A stretch of DNA of 63,192 nucleotides, the filler included, from Olpidium bornovanus S191 (taxonomy: Eukaryota > Fungi > Olpidiomycota), in assembly GCA_017911155.1 (NCBI GenBank). It is 29 parts of 29 records of this genome, joined end to end, with 100 filler letters (N's around TTAATTAATTAA, not from the genome) between each part and the next. Parts side by side here need not be neighbours in the genome. Positions count along the whole stretch, not along the records: positions 11,953 to 14,456 come from JAEFCI010003419.1; positions 14,557 to 16,999 come from JAEFCI010010429.1; positions 17,100 to 18,788 come from JAEFCI010006385.1; positions 18,889 to 21,433 come from JAEFCI010004479.1; positions 21,534 to 23,641 come from JAEFCI010002865.1; positions 23,742 to 25,083 come from JAEFCI010004704.1; 23 more parts are not named here. One strand, 5' to 3'. The position numbers were made by a program, and so were the translations under genes. A model generated the notes under the pieces. That model was not told the origin of the DNA and did no database searches. It saw only the letters and a list, made by a program, of their open reading frames with translations. This document shows positions 11,953-25,046 of the stretch, in pieces (the stretch's first letter is position 1; each line of letters begins with the position of its first letter).

Positions 11953-13222
11953 CATGCTATCGTCGACACCTGGTTTCAATAACCGCCCTCATTATAGTGA
12001 CAATACTCTCCGAATATGGGATACAGAGACTGCAGCCCCGGTTGATGTCTTACACGGCCACACCAGCCGGATATGGGATGTTGCCAGCGACCGTTCCGGC
12101 TCGATGGTCGCAAGTGCCAGCGGAGATGGCACTGTCAAGGTTAGAGGTTCAATACCTAATCTCGTTTGAGTCTGACCCAAGAGCTTTTATTAAGACATTC
12201 TTTCCGTTGGCTTTGTGGTCTTCCTTTGCTGTCAGATCTGGAATTTGAAAGAAAAGAACAGTTGTGGTTTTACTCTGGCGTGCCATGATAGCGACGTCTA
12301 CACCGTCCAATATCATCCTGGAGAGGTTTGCGTTGGATAATGTTTCTCACTGTGCTTGATGGTTCTTTAGCGCTTGATACCATTGACGGATTTTGTTACT
12401 GTTTGGCTGAAAGATCCATGTTGTCACTGGAGGTTACGACAAGACAGTTCGACTGCTTGATATCAACACCGGCCAGGTAATAAAATCATTCACAGGACAT
12501 CAGCTCTCTGTCTCCAAGTGCATTTTCAACCCGCTTGGAAACCTAATTATATCAGGGTGGGCCATGCGGTAGAGTTTTCCCATTTCGTACGTTTAAAGTC
12601 ATCAGCTCATTTTTGTTCGTCTCTGAATCAAACAGAAGCAAAGACAGCACCATAAAATTTTGGGACATTGTCTCCGGCTTGTGCATCCGGACGATCACTT
12701 CGCATCTAGGGGAGGTGACTTCAGTCGAGATGTCTGCGGACGGATCCAAGCTACTCAGTTCGTCCAAGGATAACTCTAATAGGCTGTGGGACGTCCGGAC
12801 GACCCGGCCCATCCGGCGACTAAAGGGGCACCAGAACACCAGCCGCAACTTCGTGCGCTCTGGGTTCGCAGGCAAGATGGTCGTTGGAGGCAGCGAAGTG
12901 CGTGAGACGGTTGAAACAGCCAAGAAGGGTGAAGCGATCGTTTAACGCGACGGCTCTTAAACGCGTCACTGACATTCTTTTTTTGACTTAGGACGGCATC
13001 GTTTACCTGTGGGACCAGGTGACCGGTGAAATTCTTCAACGACTTCGCGGACACAGGGGCATCGTCTATAACGCCGCGTGGTCGGCGAAGCAGTCTCTTT
13101 TTGTATCGTGCTCTGACGACCGTACCGTCAAAACCTGGTGGTACGATGCGGACATGCCGCTGTTCTCCAAAGGCATCCCCGGTCGGAGAGGTGAAGCATG
13201 TCCCGAGCGCAACGCACGATAG
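11953..13222 (+). CDS. WD40-repeat protein, C-terminal part, multi-exon
   Basis: Successive GH..WD repeats: LHGHTSRIWDVA..SASGDGTVK, FTGHQLSVSKCIFNPLGNLIISG|SKDSTIKFWD, LRGHRGIVYNAAWS..SCSDDRTVKTW. Confidence 0.9.
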
Positions 13223-15407
13223 CATAGCGCCATGTGCTTTCATTCGATTGGTTCCTCGGGGACAGTTTTCTCGGCGTTTTGCGCTGCCCAAAGGACACTG
13301 ATTGTCGCGATGTTCAGGGAAGGGGCCCATGCCCACTGGGTTTCCGCAGGGACTCTTCCAGACAACGAAACCCCGGCCCCGCCACACAGCGCACTACAGG
13401 AAATTGGTTTGCGGCTGGGTGCAGTCGCGCGCTCCTGCCGTCTATTTGTCAATGGCAGCCGTGGGGTGGTTTGGCTTCCACCGGTGTATTCGACGGCGCA
13501 TCTGCAACAGGGGTCGAGGCTCGGGTAGGGAGTGAAACTCCTGGTTAACTACCGTGGGCCTCGCAAAATGTCTGCTGCGGAAACACGATGACCGGCCTTT
13601 TACCCGGCGAGAGAGCCAGCCCATTCCGACGACCGTGCCGTAGTTTTTTTTTCTTTCAGCCGGCACGGGCTTCGAAAAGGGTCGTGAAATCTATGCCCTG
13701 TGGAAAGTCGGCGACGAATTGAGCAAAAAACCGGGCGGCAGGTAGATCTTGCTCCATCTTTGGCCACGTGGGGCGTTATACAACTGCGCTCCGACTTTGT
13801 GGTAGCGCAGCGCACGCGCGATCCTTCGCGGCAGCGGGGCCTACCCCCCACTGACGACAAACCAGTTTTGTCTGAAACCGGGGAAGGGCGAAGGCAGATT
13901 TTGAAAAGAGCCGCAAGCAGCGGCGAACGCCACGGGAGGGTTCACTTCCGCAGAGAACCGCCGGTCCGCAATTGGCCGGTCCCCGGTCGTTTCAACCGCC
14001 AGTCGACCGGCAGAAAAAAAATCGGCGGCGACCCAGGAGCGGCGGAAGTTTCTTGGCCAGATCGGGGATGAGACGGCGTTTCTTTTTCGAGTACCCCGTC
14101 AGCTTTTCTGCATTCTCCCAGTACCGATGTCACTGTTGACGCTTGCCGGATCTCCCTTCCCCACGCCGTTGCTAGGGCTTTTTTTTGTATTTTTTTTAAC
14201 ACGCCGCGCTATCCCGCCGAAGGTCCATTCGCGCGAAAATCCCGGGGATCCCGGCGGAAATAGCCCCGAACCGAACTCAAAAAGGAAACAGGCCGGTGTG
14301 TGCGGCCCCCCGAGCCCCCAAAAACGCAAAAAGGGCGCCAAAAAAATTATTCTTTGCGACCGGCCGCGTTCTCAAAAATTTTTCGCCAAAAAGAAAAAAT
14401 CCTGGTAACCCACGCTCCGCTACGTTCCTTCCTTCGCTTCCCGGCATTGCGCCATGNNNNNNNNNNNNNNNNNNNNNNNNNNNNNNNNNNNNNNNNNNNN
14501 TTAATTAATTAANNNNNNNNNNNNNNNNNNNNNNNNNNNNNNNNNNNNNNNNNNNNCCGCGGCAGGCCACGACGGACTGTCGGCGCGCTCCTTGGACCGG
14601 GACGAAACGACGGTGCTCGGCTTCTTGAGGTCAGTTCGGTGCGCGTCGACGGAACGTTCGAAGAGGACGTCGAAGGCAAGTGCAGTCCCGCGTCCAGTGT
14701 CGTGTACCTCCTCTTATTTCCTCGGGGAAGAACCGCCTGCCGCGAGAGCACCACCGCGCAGCAAGTGCCCCCGCCATCCTGTCTCCCCTGCCATCCCTAC
14801 CGAGAGGGGCTTGTACTCTCGACATCGGCGACGAAGGCGACGCGCAAGCAGATCGAGTCCAAGCAGCAGAGAAGGCAAGATCGGCTTCGGGCCTGCAGGG
14901 GGCTCCGGGCGATCCGGTCGGTAGGCGGGCTTGTGTGTCACACTCGGGCCGACGTCGATAGCGCTACGACACGGCCTCAAACTCCTCCGCAGCCAGCGCT
15001 GCGTGCGAAAGAACGAGGAAAGAAGGAAAACAGAGAGCAGCCGACGCTGCTCGACCCGTAGCGGCGGCCGACGCCTCCGCTCAAACGGGACCAAAGGTGA
15101 TCACGACGCTCGAACAAGCCCGACGGCTTTGTTTCTTTCGGACGAGCGGATCGGCTATGGTAGGGTTTTTGGGTGTTTAGCATTGCGTTCGACGTCGATG
15201 TAATTGCGTTGGGAAGAAAAAAAGGGGGTGGCAAAACCAAAACACTTCAAACAAGTGGGCGGCGTCGTCGCACATGACCCCGATAGGCAAAGAAAAGGCG
15301 GGCGCAGGCGAGCAAAATAATGCAAGATGAGCAAAAGGTGCAAAGGGGCGAAGCCGGAGGGAAGTCGAGGAAAACGGGGTTCGAAGCTAGAGTAATCGAA
15401 GTCGGGG

Positions 15408-16245
15408 TCAATGCCCGCCAAAGGCCATTTTGGGCGCCGACAGCGAGTCTGACTCTTTTTCGTCCCCGTAAGCTGCCCGGCTGAGCATGTCGGCCACCCG
15501 GTTCTCCTCCCCGGGGATGTGGACGATTTCGAACCCGTACTCTTTCAAATCGGCCATCCAACGACGGCTCGGCGCGTCAGCCGTGTAGTTTGCCAGCATG
15601 CCTATCAACAGCCGGCAATCGGTCTCGACCACCAGGCGAGCGCCCAAGACGTAGCGTCTTTTTTCTCTCATGGCGAGCCATAGCACGTACAGCTCCCGCT
15701 TTGTCTGTCCGTAGGCCTTCTGTGCGTCGTTGAAAGTCTTGGCCCCAAAGCGTGCAGGGCGTCTCTTGTCACCTTCCCCTTGAGATAGGACCCACCCGGC
15801 TGCATGCGGGCCGGCATCCACCGTAAGATAAATTGGGTAGGCATCCATTCCGTAGACGAGCTCGTGAAGCGTGGGCGCTTGATCCAGGGAGGCCTTCAGC
15901 TTCTCCATGGCGGACTCGCATTCTTCGTCCCAGGACCACGCCGCACCTTTCCGTAACAATCGATACAACGGCTCTGCGCATTCTCCGAAGTGAGGTAAGA
16001 ACGTTCTGTACACGCCAACCGCCCCCAGGAACCGGCGCACTTCCCGCCCCGACCGGCATGACTGCATGTCTCGTATGGACAACGCCGTTTTCCCATCAAC
16101 CCTCTTCCCATATGGCCCGCACATAAACCCCAGCAGCGGGATCTCTCGCACCCCGAACGCAGACTTGGCCCCAGAAAAAGTAAAACCTACCTCTTCTGCC
16201 CGCTCCAACACGCGTTCGACGTCACGGATGTGATCCCGGACAAAT
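15408..16245 (-). mobile_element. Ty3/gypsy LTR retrotransposon pol fragment (RT C-terminus + RNase H)
   Basis: VRRFLGAVGVYRTF...AEPLYRLLRKGAAWSW; LTVDAGPHAAGWVL; YGQTKRELY; VETDCRLL; HIPGEENRVADMLSR. Confidence 0.93.
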
Positions 16246-16344
16246 TGTAGTGAACCGTCCTTGATCCTCTATATCAACCCCCCACCCGGCTCTCTCTCAC
16301 TCTCTCCCTCTGTCTCGCGGTCTCTCTTCTTAATACACACAACA
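16246..16344 (+). mobile_element. Short LTR-like segment (TGTAGTG...ACAACA) abutting the truncated RT
   Basis: Begins TG and ends CA; CT-rich middle and ends resemble 54760-54847; no primer site or TSD recognised here. Confidence 0.45.
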
Positions 16345-16471
16345 ACCTCGACGTTCCTCTACAAAGTGAGAAATCCGAGGAAGAACCATCCTTTGCCCGC
16401 CTTCGCTCTACCGCCCTCCGCCGCCGCCGCGCGCCCGCCAGCCCCGCCACCCGGCAGCCCTCCGCCGCCCC

Positions 16472-16999
16472 GCCCTCCGCTGCGCCGCGCCATCCGGCAG
16501 CTTCCGCCTTGCCGTCACGCCCGCGCTAAGTGTCGCGCGCGCCGCCCCGCGCCACCCGGCAGCCTTCCGCCGCGCCGTCCTCCGCCGCGCCGCCGCCATC
16601 CGGCAGCCCCTCGCCGCCGCCGCGCCACCCGGCAGCCTTGCCACGAGGCCGCCCTCCGCTGCGCCGCGCCATCCGGTAGCTTCCGCCTTGCCGTCACGCC
16701 CGCGCTAAGTGTCGCGCGCACCGCCCCGCGCCACCCGGCAGCCTTCCGCCGCGCCGTCCTCCGCCGCGCCGCCGCCATCCGGCAGCCCTTCGCCGCCGCC
16801 GCGCCACCCGGCAGCCCTCACCACCAGGCAGCCCTCCGCTGCGCCGCGCCATCCGGTAGCTTCCGCCTTGCCGTCACACCCGCGCTAAGTGTCGCGCGCG
16901 CCGCCCCGCGCCACCCGGCAGCCTTCCGCCGCGCCGTCCTCCGCCGCGCCGCCGCCATCCGGCAGCCCTTCGCCGCCGCCGCGCCACCCGGCAGCCCTC
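16472..16999. repeat. ~180-bp GC-rich tandem repeat, about 3 copies, truncated by gap
   Basis: GCCCTCCGCTGCGCCGCGCCATCCGG recurs at 16472, 16651 and 16831. Confidence 0.92.
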
Positions 17000-18888
17000 N
17001 NNNNNNNNNNNNNNNNNNNNNNNNNNNNNNNNNNNNNNNNNNNTTAATTAATTAANNNNNNNNNNNNNNNNNNNNNNNNNNNNNNNNNNNNNNNNNNNNC
17101 ATGCCTATTAATCTTTTTACGAAATGTGCCTTAATGCTGTAACTTCTCGTTCTGCCATTATAAATTTTGCATTTCGAATCCGTCTTCTGAATCTACCGTC
17201 TGTTCCGAGTCTCCCTTTGAAACCAGCCTTTCGAATTCGCCGCTTTCCTAAAACCTTCCGTTATATCTGAATTCTTTCTCGGACAGAGATTCGGATTTGC
17301 GGAATTGCAGATTCAGGTGCTCGCAGATTCGTGGCGTTCGCAAAGTCCAATGGGTAGGGGAGAGAGGGGGGTTCGCATATTCGCGGAATCCGCAGGTTCG
17401 CGGGTTCGCAAGTTCCCGACACATAAGAAATGAAATTTAGCTTGTTGGAAATGTCATGTAAGGCGGTATACATCTGCGGAGCGCGATAAATGATTCGTCG
17501 TCAGTCTGATTTTTTGCTGATAAGATCAGTGCAAGAAGGACTTGTTATTTCCCTCGTTTGCTTTCAACAGAGTACAAACATTTTGGTGTAATGTGTCCCA
17601 GGCCACGTTTCGGCAGATCTCGGTATCGTGTAAAAGTCACATTTTGCGTGGTATATTCTGCCAAATTTCGTAAAGAACTATCGGACATTGTCTCTTTGGC
17701 ATTAAAACGGAAGGAACCAGTGTATTATGTACGGCTGCGGATTATGTACGACTACGGAGGGGCTTCCGCGGCCTCGGCGGCACCTGCCAGGCCGTTTGAC
17801 TTTCGTTTTCATTCTCCCTTTGCTTTTTTTGGCGGCGGCGAAAATCCCGTCCCTTACGGAGAACCATCAAGATTTGGCGGAATCTCGATGAATCTCGGGA
17901 GGGGATGCCGGGTGGGGCAGAGGAGAAGGGAGACGTGTGGGGAGGTTAGACAAGCTGTGCGCCAGAATGGGGCGTGTCCCTCTTAAACGGACGTTGAGAT
18001 CTGGCAAGAGGTTGGTACAGGGGCAGGGGAGAGGCGGGGGCGCGTTTGCAAGCCGCCGGGTGGTTATTGAGTTCCCTGTGGGCTTAGGGGGAAGGGAAGA
18101 ACTGGCTTTGGACCAATGAAATCACAGGCGTATTTCCTTTTCAGAGATAACGCTGGACATTTGCGGCCTTCGCGGTTTCAAGTTCCTGGGATATGCGGGC
18201 TCCCGCAGCTTCCCTTCGGCCGACCGCGGAAAAGGAACCATCGCCCTTCCGTTTTGCCAGCTTCCGCACCCTGCGTTGGGCGACGGAAGAAACAAGAATC
18301 GCAGTGCCGCGCGGCGCGAAGAGGTAAAATTTGCCGCATATTCTCTTTTCGGAAAAAGATTCCAGGAAGCTGAGATCTGAAGTTTGCTGCAGCGCGGATC
18401 CGGGAGGCTGGGGAAGGGGGGGCTAGAGGTAATGTCCGAGTTATGTCAGGAGGGATCTTACCGAACGCAAAAGCAAAAAAAAAGCCAGACAACCATTTTT
18501 TTTTTGGCCCGCCGCGGCGCTTCGTGCCCCCCCCCCCACCCCCTTGTTCCCAATTTTTCCTTTTTCCCGGCCTCTAAAAAGGCCAGTCCGACAATTGCAC
18601 GCCGTGCGCGGTTTCGCCGTTTTCCGGGGGAGCCTGCGAAAATTCGGTTTCGAGCCTTTTTGCGCGGGCGCCAAACAGTCCAGCGGAAACCCCCTCCCCT
18701 CCCCCACCCCCGCCGGCTTCCTGAACCCCGGCTTCTGACGGTTCACGTGCAAAAGTCGCGCCGGCTGCGCGTACGTGTGCAGCGCATGNNNNNNNNNNNN
18801 NNNNNNNNNNNNNNNNNNNNNNNNNNNNNNNNTTAATTAATTAANNNNNNNNNNNNNNNNNNNNNNNNNNNNNNNNNNNNNNNNNNNN

Positions 18889-20594
18889 CATGTACTTTGT
18901 CGAGCGACCGTTAGCATAGGCAGTCTGGACGACGCCGACGTTGACGTTGGGAATCTGAGCGGCGCGGACGAGGTCCGCAATGAACACGGCAGCCAAGCCC
19001 GCTATTTTGTCGCCGTCAAGGAGGCGGAACGCCTTGTCTAAAGAACAAGGCGACGACGCCGCACTAAGTCGATAGTCAGACCCGCGAGGGACGAGGTAAT
19101 ATTCAACAGAGTTTAGCGGACCTTCATCCAAATAGAAGTAAACGATGCGGTCGGCATCACCGTCCAAGGCGCAAGCCCGCTCGCCAGGCCTAAGGTCTTC
19201 GAGCCCTCTCGGAAGTTTGACGTTGACCTTCACAAAGTCGGCGCCGCACTGCGGCAAACGACATCGCAACGTAAACCGCCGGAATCACGCTACCGTCAAC
19301 TTCGGTGGTCCCAGAAGGAGCAAACCTGGTAGTTCAGCTGTCCTTTCACGCCAATACTGGAATTCTGCAGCTTAACTGACAGGTACTTCTCGCCGATGGT
19401 CTTTGCGAGCTCTTCCAGCTTAGGGGCGCCTACTCCATTAGCGCAGTCCACTCGGATGGTCGGCAGGCGCTCGCAACCGGACTACGATGCAATAAGGATC
19501 CGGATATGATCAGGAAAGAACAGGCAGCATCCAGAGTGGAGCCGGTTTGACAGCTAACGGCAGACAACAGTAACCACCAGCTGACCACAAGATCTCTGAA
19601 TGCGTTTGCCAATTTCTGGTAATAGCCCCGCTCGCTCGGTTCGCCGTAAGCTTCAGGAGTTCCCTGGGTGTTCAGACAGCGGGTGATGTAATGGAGCTGG
19701 GGGGTGGTCATAATTCCATAGTCCGACTCGACTCCAGAAGCTGCGACGATACCGTCTTTCAGAGCTGACACGAGAGCGGGGCCCGACGGACTGATCCGCA
19801 CGAAACGTTTTTTCGCGCGTCGAAGAGCGAGGAGGACAGCAGGAAGCCAGGAGGGGAAACCGTTTTATAGTAAAAAAAAAAAAAAAAAAAAAAAAAAGGC
19901 CGCATCTCTTTTAGCCAGTCGCCCCGAAAGTTGGTCACACCAAACTGCGTACCGTGTGTCCATAGCGTACACGACGCGGGACGGGGCGTCCCCCGTGATC
20001 TGCTCGTTCTTCACGACGGACTCGAGTGCCGCGACGAGCGCGTCCTCGTCGGCCGCGTTGGCGAGGAGGGTGGCGTGCTTCTCCCAGGACTGCTGGAGCA
20101 TCTCACCGCGGGGCTCCACGAGCTTCACGCCGTTGTCCTAGGACAAAACGCAGCCGGGACGTTCGTCAGACGCAGCGCCGCCACAACGGCGGACGTGGCA
20201 GGCGAGGCGGGATGGAGGAACCGATACCTCCTCGGGGTTGTGCGAGGCGGTCACCATCACACCGACGAAGGCGCCGTTCAGTTTCCGCGACCGGAGCGCG
20301 GCAAGCAGCCCCGAACGGAACATGACGGAGTCGAGAACCTCAGCCCTTTTGTGAACGCGAAGCAAAGCCGACGGGGGGCGCTAAGCCTGGTAACTTGCGC
20401 GCAAGGGCGGGTTGTCCCGGCCGGACAGAACCTGGACCCCGCCGTGAGCGAGCGCCAACGCGGCTGAAGCGCGGACGGGAAACCCACTTCGTCCTGAACC
20501 CGGCGGTTCCATACTGGAAGGAAAGCCCGGGAAGCTTGGGGTGCCTGCCCGACGCCTCCTTGACAGTCTGGCTGGAGAAGGCAGCGGTGACCAT
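18889..20594 (-). CDS. PCM1: Phosphoacetylglucosamine mutase, N-terminal two-thirds, multi-exon
   Basis: [24 protein letters not shown]|[71 protein letters not shown]. Confidence 0.96.
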
Positions 20595-20654
20595 GCTTGG
20601 AATTGCGCTGGTGGGTGAGGGCGGCGACGAAACCCTGCGCGACGTGTCGGGGGT

Positions 20655-20688
<34 letters not shown>

Positions 20689-22750
20689 GGCCCCTTAGCG
20701 CGCGCCTACTTCCCTTCGCTCCCCTCCATCCCCAATCCCGCCCGCCCGCCCGCCTGGACACGATAACCGCTGGCGAGATGCCGACGTAGGAAGACGGCGA
20801 GGCGCTTTGCTCGCCGTCGACTGTTCCGCGTACGGTGATGCTAATGCCGGCCGTACCGCCGAATACGGGGCGCACTGTGCTATTCTCCGCGGAGGACGTC
20901 AATTTCCGCCTACGAACGCATGGAAGCTGTCAAGCGCCGGTGTGTCAATGCCTACGGCACGAATCATGGCCGCAATACGCCCGTTATTGTTGTCACTGTC
21001 AACGGCGTTTCTGCCATTGCCGGGGTTGACGACGGGAGCGACAGCAACAATTCGTTCACCCCACCTCTGCCAACCTCTGCGGGCTGGATGTCGATCTGCA
21101 TGTCCGGAAGTCCCACCGCGGCGTGGGCGCCAGTGAGAACCACGTCGCCGGCACTGCCAGGGTCCTCCTTCGCACTGCATTCGAGGGCCACACGTTCGAC
21201 AGTTTTCCGCTGTTCGAGGGCAATTGGGACTGGAAAGGTACTGGCAACATGTCTGTTTGATCTCCTCCTGGGCCGCAATTGGCTTGTCGGCAACTCGGTG
21301 CTTGTTGGCGGCGTCACCAGCACGCGCGGAATGTACGCCATACCGCCCGAACAGGGCGGACATCCTCTCCCGGCGGCTGGCGTGCGCATCTCCGCCGCCT
21401 TTGCGACTTTACCGCCCGCAGCACCCACATGTCNNNNNNNNNNNNNNNNNNNNNNNNNNNNNNNNNNNNNNNNNNNNTTAATTAATTAANNNNNNNNNNN
21501 NNNNNNNNNNNNNNNNNNNNNNNNNNNNNNNNNCATGCGCTAAGTCTACAAGCTGTTTTCATAATTCGGTGCCCGCGCCGTTCGGCGTCGGCGTTTCGCC
21601 GATCCGTCCACGCGCGCGCCCTGCCAGAACTTCAAGCAGGAAGCAGAGCTTGCAAGTCTCCCGTAAGCCCGGGACGCTCACCGCGGCGGACGTGGACGGA
21701 CCGGCTGACCAACGTGATAGATAGATTGCGCGCCGCCGGAGGTTGGCCGGTTTTTGCCTTGGGGCGTTCTCTCGAGTTTTGTCCAGTTGCTTGAATGGCC
21801 GTTACAACCGCTCTTTCCGCCGCCGGCTCAGGGGCAAAAAAACCTTCGGTCCTTGGTTGCCGTTCTTCTTCAGTTCGGCGTTGCGTATCCTTGAGAGGTG
21901 GAGGAGGGGATGGGGGAGGGGGGATGGCCTTTTTTTCGGCGCGCCAGAGGAGCGCGAATTTAAAGCGTTGAAGCGCGGGGCCGGCCGTTCGCCGCCGATT
22001 TCTGACGAAAAAAAAAATGACTCGGAGAAGCCGCGGAAGAGCGCGAAGCCTTGAAGCCGTTCACTTCCCGTCTTCCCGACCGAGCGGCTGTGTCGGGACC
22101 CTGATACGAAAATAGTCCGAAAACTTCTTGGAAAAACTTCTCGGGCCTCCGCGCCGAGTTCGTTCCGCGCAGAGTCGAGGTCAGTCGAAGGCCGGGTGAC
22201 ATTGCAAAACGGAAAAGAGGAGGTGCTGGGTGCGGCCGGGCAAATTAGGAAATCCTGCCTGTCGCTCCGGCATAGCATTTACATTTTTGCTTTGAAAACA
22301 TGCTTGGGATTGTTTTTACGCGGTCGCGGTCGCGGGCGTTTCTGAGTGTAAGCAGGGCCTTGTTCGCCGCCACAGCCGGCTTCGTATCGAACGCCGGAGA
22401 TTACCCTTTGCTTATGAGGACTTGCGTTAAAAGCCTCAAGGTCGAAAAGGCGTTCGAGATCCACGGGCAACGAGATTCCCTGCAATCAAACCTAGTCACG
22501 TGAACTCGTACTGCGTGGGCGGGTTACGGCGGGGCTATCTACAGTGGGTGCTCGTTGCCTCGCTCCACACCCGCAGGACGTTTTGGAAACCTTGATTCAT
22601 GCGCGCAGCGGGATTGCGAGTTCCAAGGCGCGCTCGGGGAACCACATGACCGCATGAGATACGAAGGCTGGGACCGCCAACAGCGAACTGCATACTCTGA
22701 TGATGGAGCGTTGCGCGCAGGTTTGATGCGGCGGCGGGGAAAGGGGGGGT

Positions 22751-22796
<46 letters not shown>

Positions 22797-23741
22797 CGTG
22801 CGGCGGCAGTTTGACCGCGCCTTAGTTTTGGAAACGGGCTCGGGTTTTTATCCAGATTATTTCATTTGTCCCTGCACAACAAGGAAGTGGAGCGAGCTCT
22901 GAACCTCCAAGCGAAGTGACCAGTTGAATCGAGCATCCCGCAGCTGTGGTGTTCAGCTCTCATTACGGCATGCTCGAGCCGTAATGATTTATGGCGCGTA
23001 AGCGTTCGGTATCCCGTGCCAATATGAGAAGCGTGGAGTTCTACCCCGGCGCGGGACACGGCCGCTCCGTTGAATTTGCGTATCGACCAAACATGGACCA
23101 ATCTGCGCAGAAGCCGCGGCTTGTTTTTCAAAGGCACATCAACAACTGCGTGGCCAGCTCGGGAGCTTCGCCTCTAGCGGACGGCGCTACTTTTAACATC
23201 ACCCTTAACCACGCGGCTCTTCGCGGCCTGTTCTTGCACTCCGCCCAGAGGTTATTAATATTCCGCGTTCGATTAAGGAGCCAATCGACCGAGGACGTCC
23301 TCGTTGAAGACCGGCTGCTACTTGCCGTGACGAGGAAACCCCCCGCACGATCGCTCACGCGGGGCAGGGCCCGGTATGAAAGCCGAAAAAAATGCCGCGC
23401 CGCCTGCCGCCCTCGTCGCCGCCTCGCGAAAACGCCGACCGGGGATACCGTTGGCCGTTGCGCCACCCGTCCCCACCCCCCCCCCCCCCCCCCCCCACCC
23501 CCCCCCCCCCCCCCCCCCACCCCCCCTCCTCCCCCCCCCCCCCCCTCCCCAAATTTAGGACATTTTCGGCGGCGCAAATTTTGAGGATTATGTCAACGGG
23601 AGAAGGGGTCTGTCGAGAACTGCGAATGTTTCGAGACGGCANNNNNNNNNNNNNNNNNNNNNNNNNNNNNNNNNNNNNNNNNNNNTTAATTAATTAANNN
23701 NNNNNNNNNNNNNNNNNNNNNNNNNNNNNNNNNNNNNNNNN

Positions 23742-25046
23742 GCGGCCAAAATGGGTATCTGTCCGCAAGGAATCAGCGGAATTCTGAGTAACGTTCGTTA
23801 CAAAGTTTGCCGGGCGACGTACCGTAACTCTCGGGTGGTTTACTAGCCAGTTGAGAATCATGTTCGTTCGCGGAACAACATGATACGAGGCGGAAAGCCT
23901 TGTACTCCCGATGACATCTGCAGCAGGCCGCGCAGGGAATTAAAAAGCGTCCGCCGTTCAGAAAGTGAGAACGCGGGTGAGGCAAAAAAGCCCGTCATCG
24001 ACTTTTCTGACCGTTGTGTATACAGTTCAACGCCGCCGCCGCGGAGCGCACAAGGGCGAACTGTACGATGGCAAACCTTGGTGTTCCGTCTTTCGAAGGC
24101 GGCGGTATGCTGATGTCGGCCTGCGGAAACAATTTTTTTTTTTGTTCTTTTCGAATTGCGCTCCACTTCCGGCGCGCGTTTCAGAAGGCCGGGAACGCTA
24201 GGTGAAAACCGTACCAACTTCCCAAAAGGTCGCAGCTCATGATAGAGCGACTCCATTGTTAAGTCCGGTCCGAGGAACTCGATCTTCAAACGGCTTGACG
24301 ATCAACCGGGAATGGAAAAGTGGGGCAACGGCACACACAAAATGAACGTGTGTCGCAAACAATTTCATCCAGCGGACAACGGAGGCGCGAAAATACCTTG
24401 TCGGGTAGGTTGCTAACATGTCCTGCAGGAACGGTTTACCCTAAGAACAAAAAAAAAAAATTGCAGCGCCCGAATTTGCAGCATCAATTTGTCGCCTAGT
24501 CGCAATCAAATTTCGGGATGCGGTTGCGAGAATCGATGGCAGAGGCCGACCTTGACTTGGAAAACTCTCGTCCTCGCGGTCCTTTTGTACCACGGCCCGG
24601 TCGCCCGCAGATGCTTGGAGATGATGCTGGTGATCTCTTCCGCAGCTTTCGACGCGGGAGGAGCCTTTGTGGCGGGGTCTTTCGTCTCCTCGGTCCGCAA
24701 CGCGATCTTGTAATGGACGAAAAGCCCGCCGTCCTCCGCCCTGCGGAAAAATATGGCGTGGTGCCCGCCCACGGATGAGCGTCCTGTTCCTCACTCCGCA
24801 GAACCTCCCGCGGCTCGGACGGCCCGCGGACCTGGGTTCGGTACTTCTCACAGAGAAGTTGTACGGGAGTTTCTCCAGCGGCGGCAGATATTCGCGGAAC
24901 ACCACTTCCCGCAAGCGGTCTGGATGAGGCCGAAACAGAAAGGACCGCAAGTCCCACTTGAACCACTTGAGCGGGAACACGTTGTCGAAGTACAACGACT
25001 GGTTGACCTCGAAGGGCGGGTTGACCTTATCGCGCACCCCCAACAA
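23742..25046 (-). CDS. YME2: Mitochondrial escape protein 2, partial, multi-exon
   Basis: SLYFDNVFPLK, VRSTEPR, KIEFLGPDLTMESLYHELRPFGKL, RSAAAALNCIH, ILNWLVNHPRV match the Yme2 RRM region. Confidence 0.85.
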
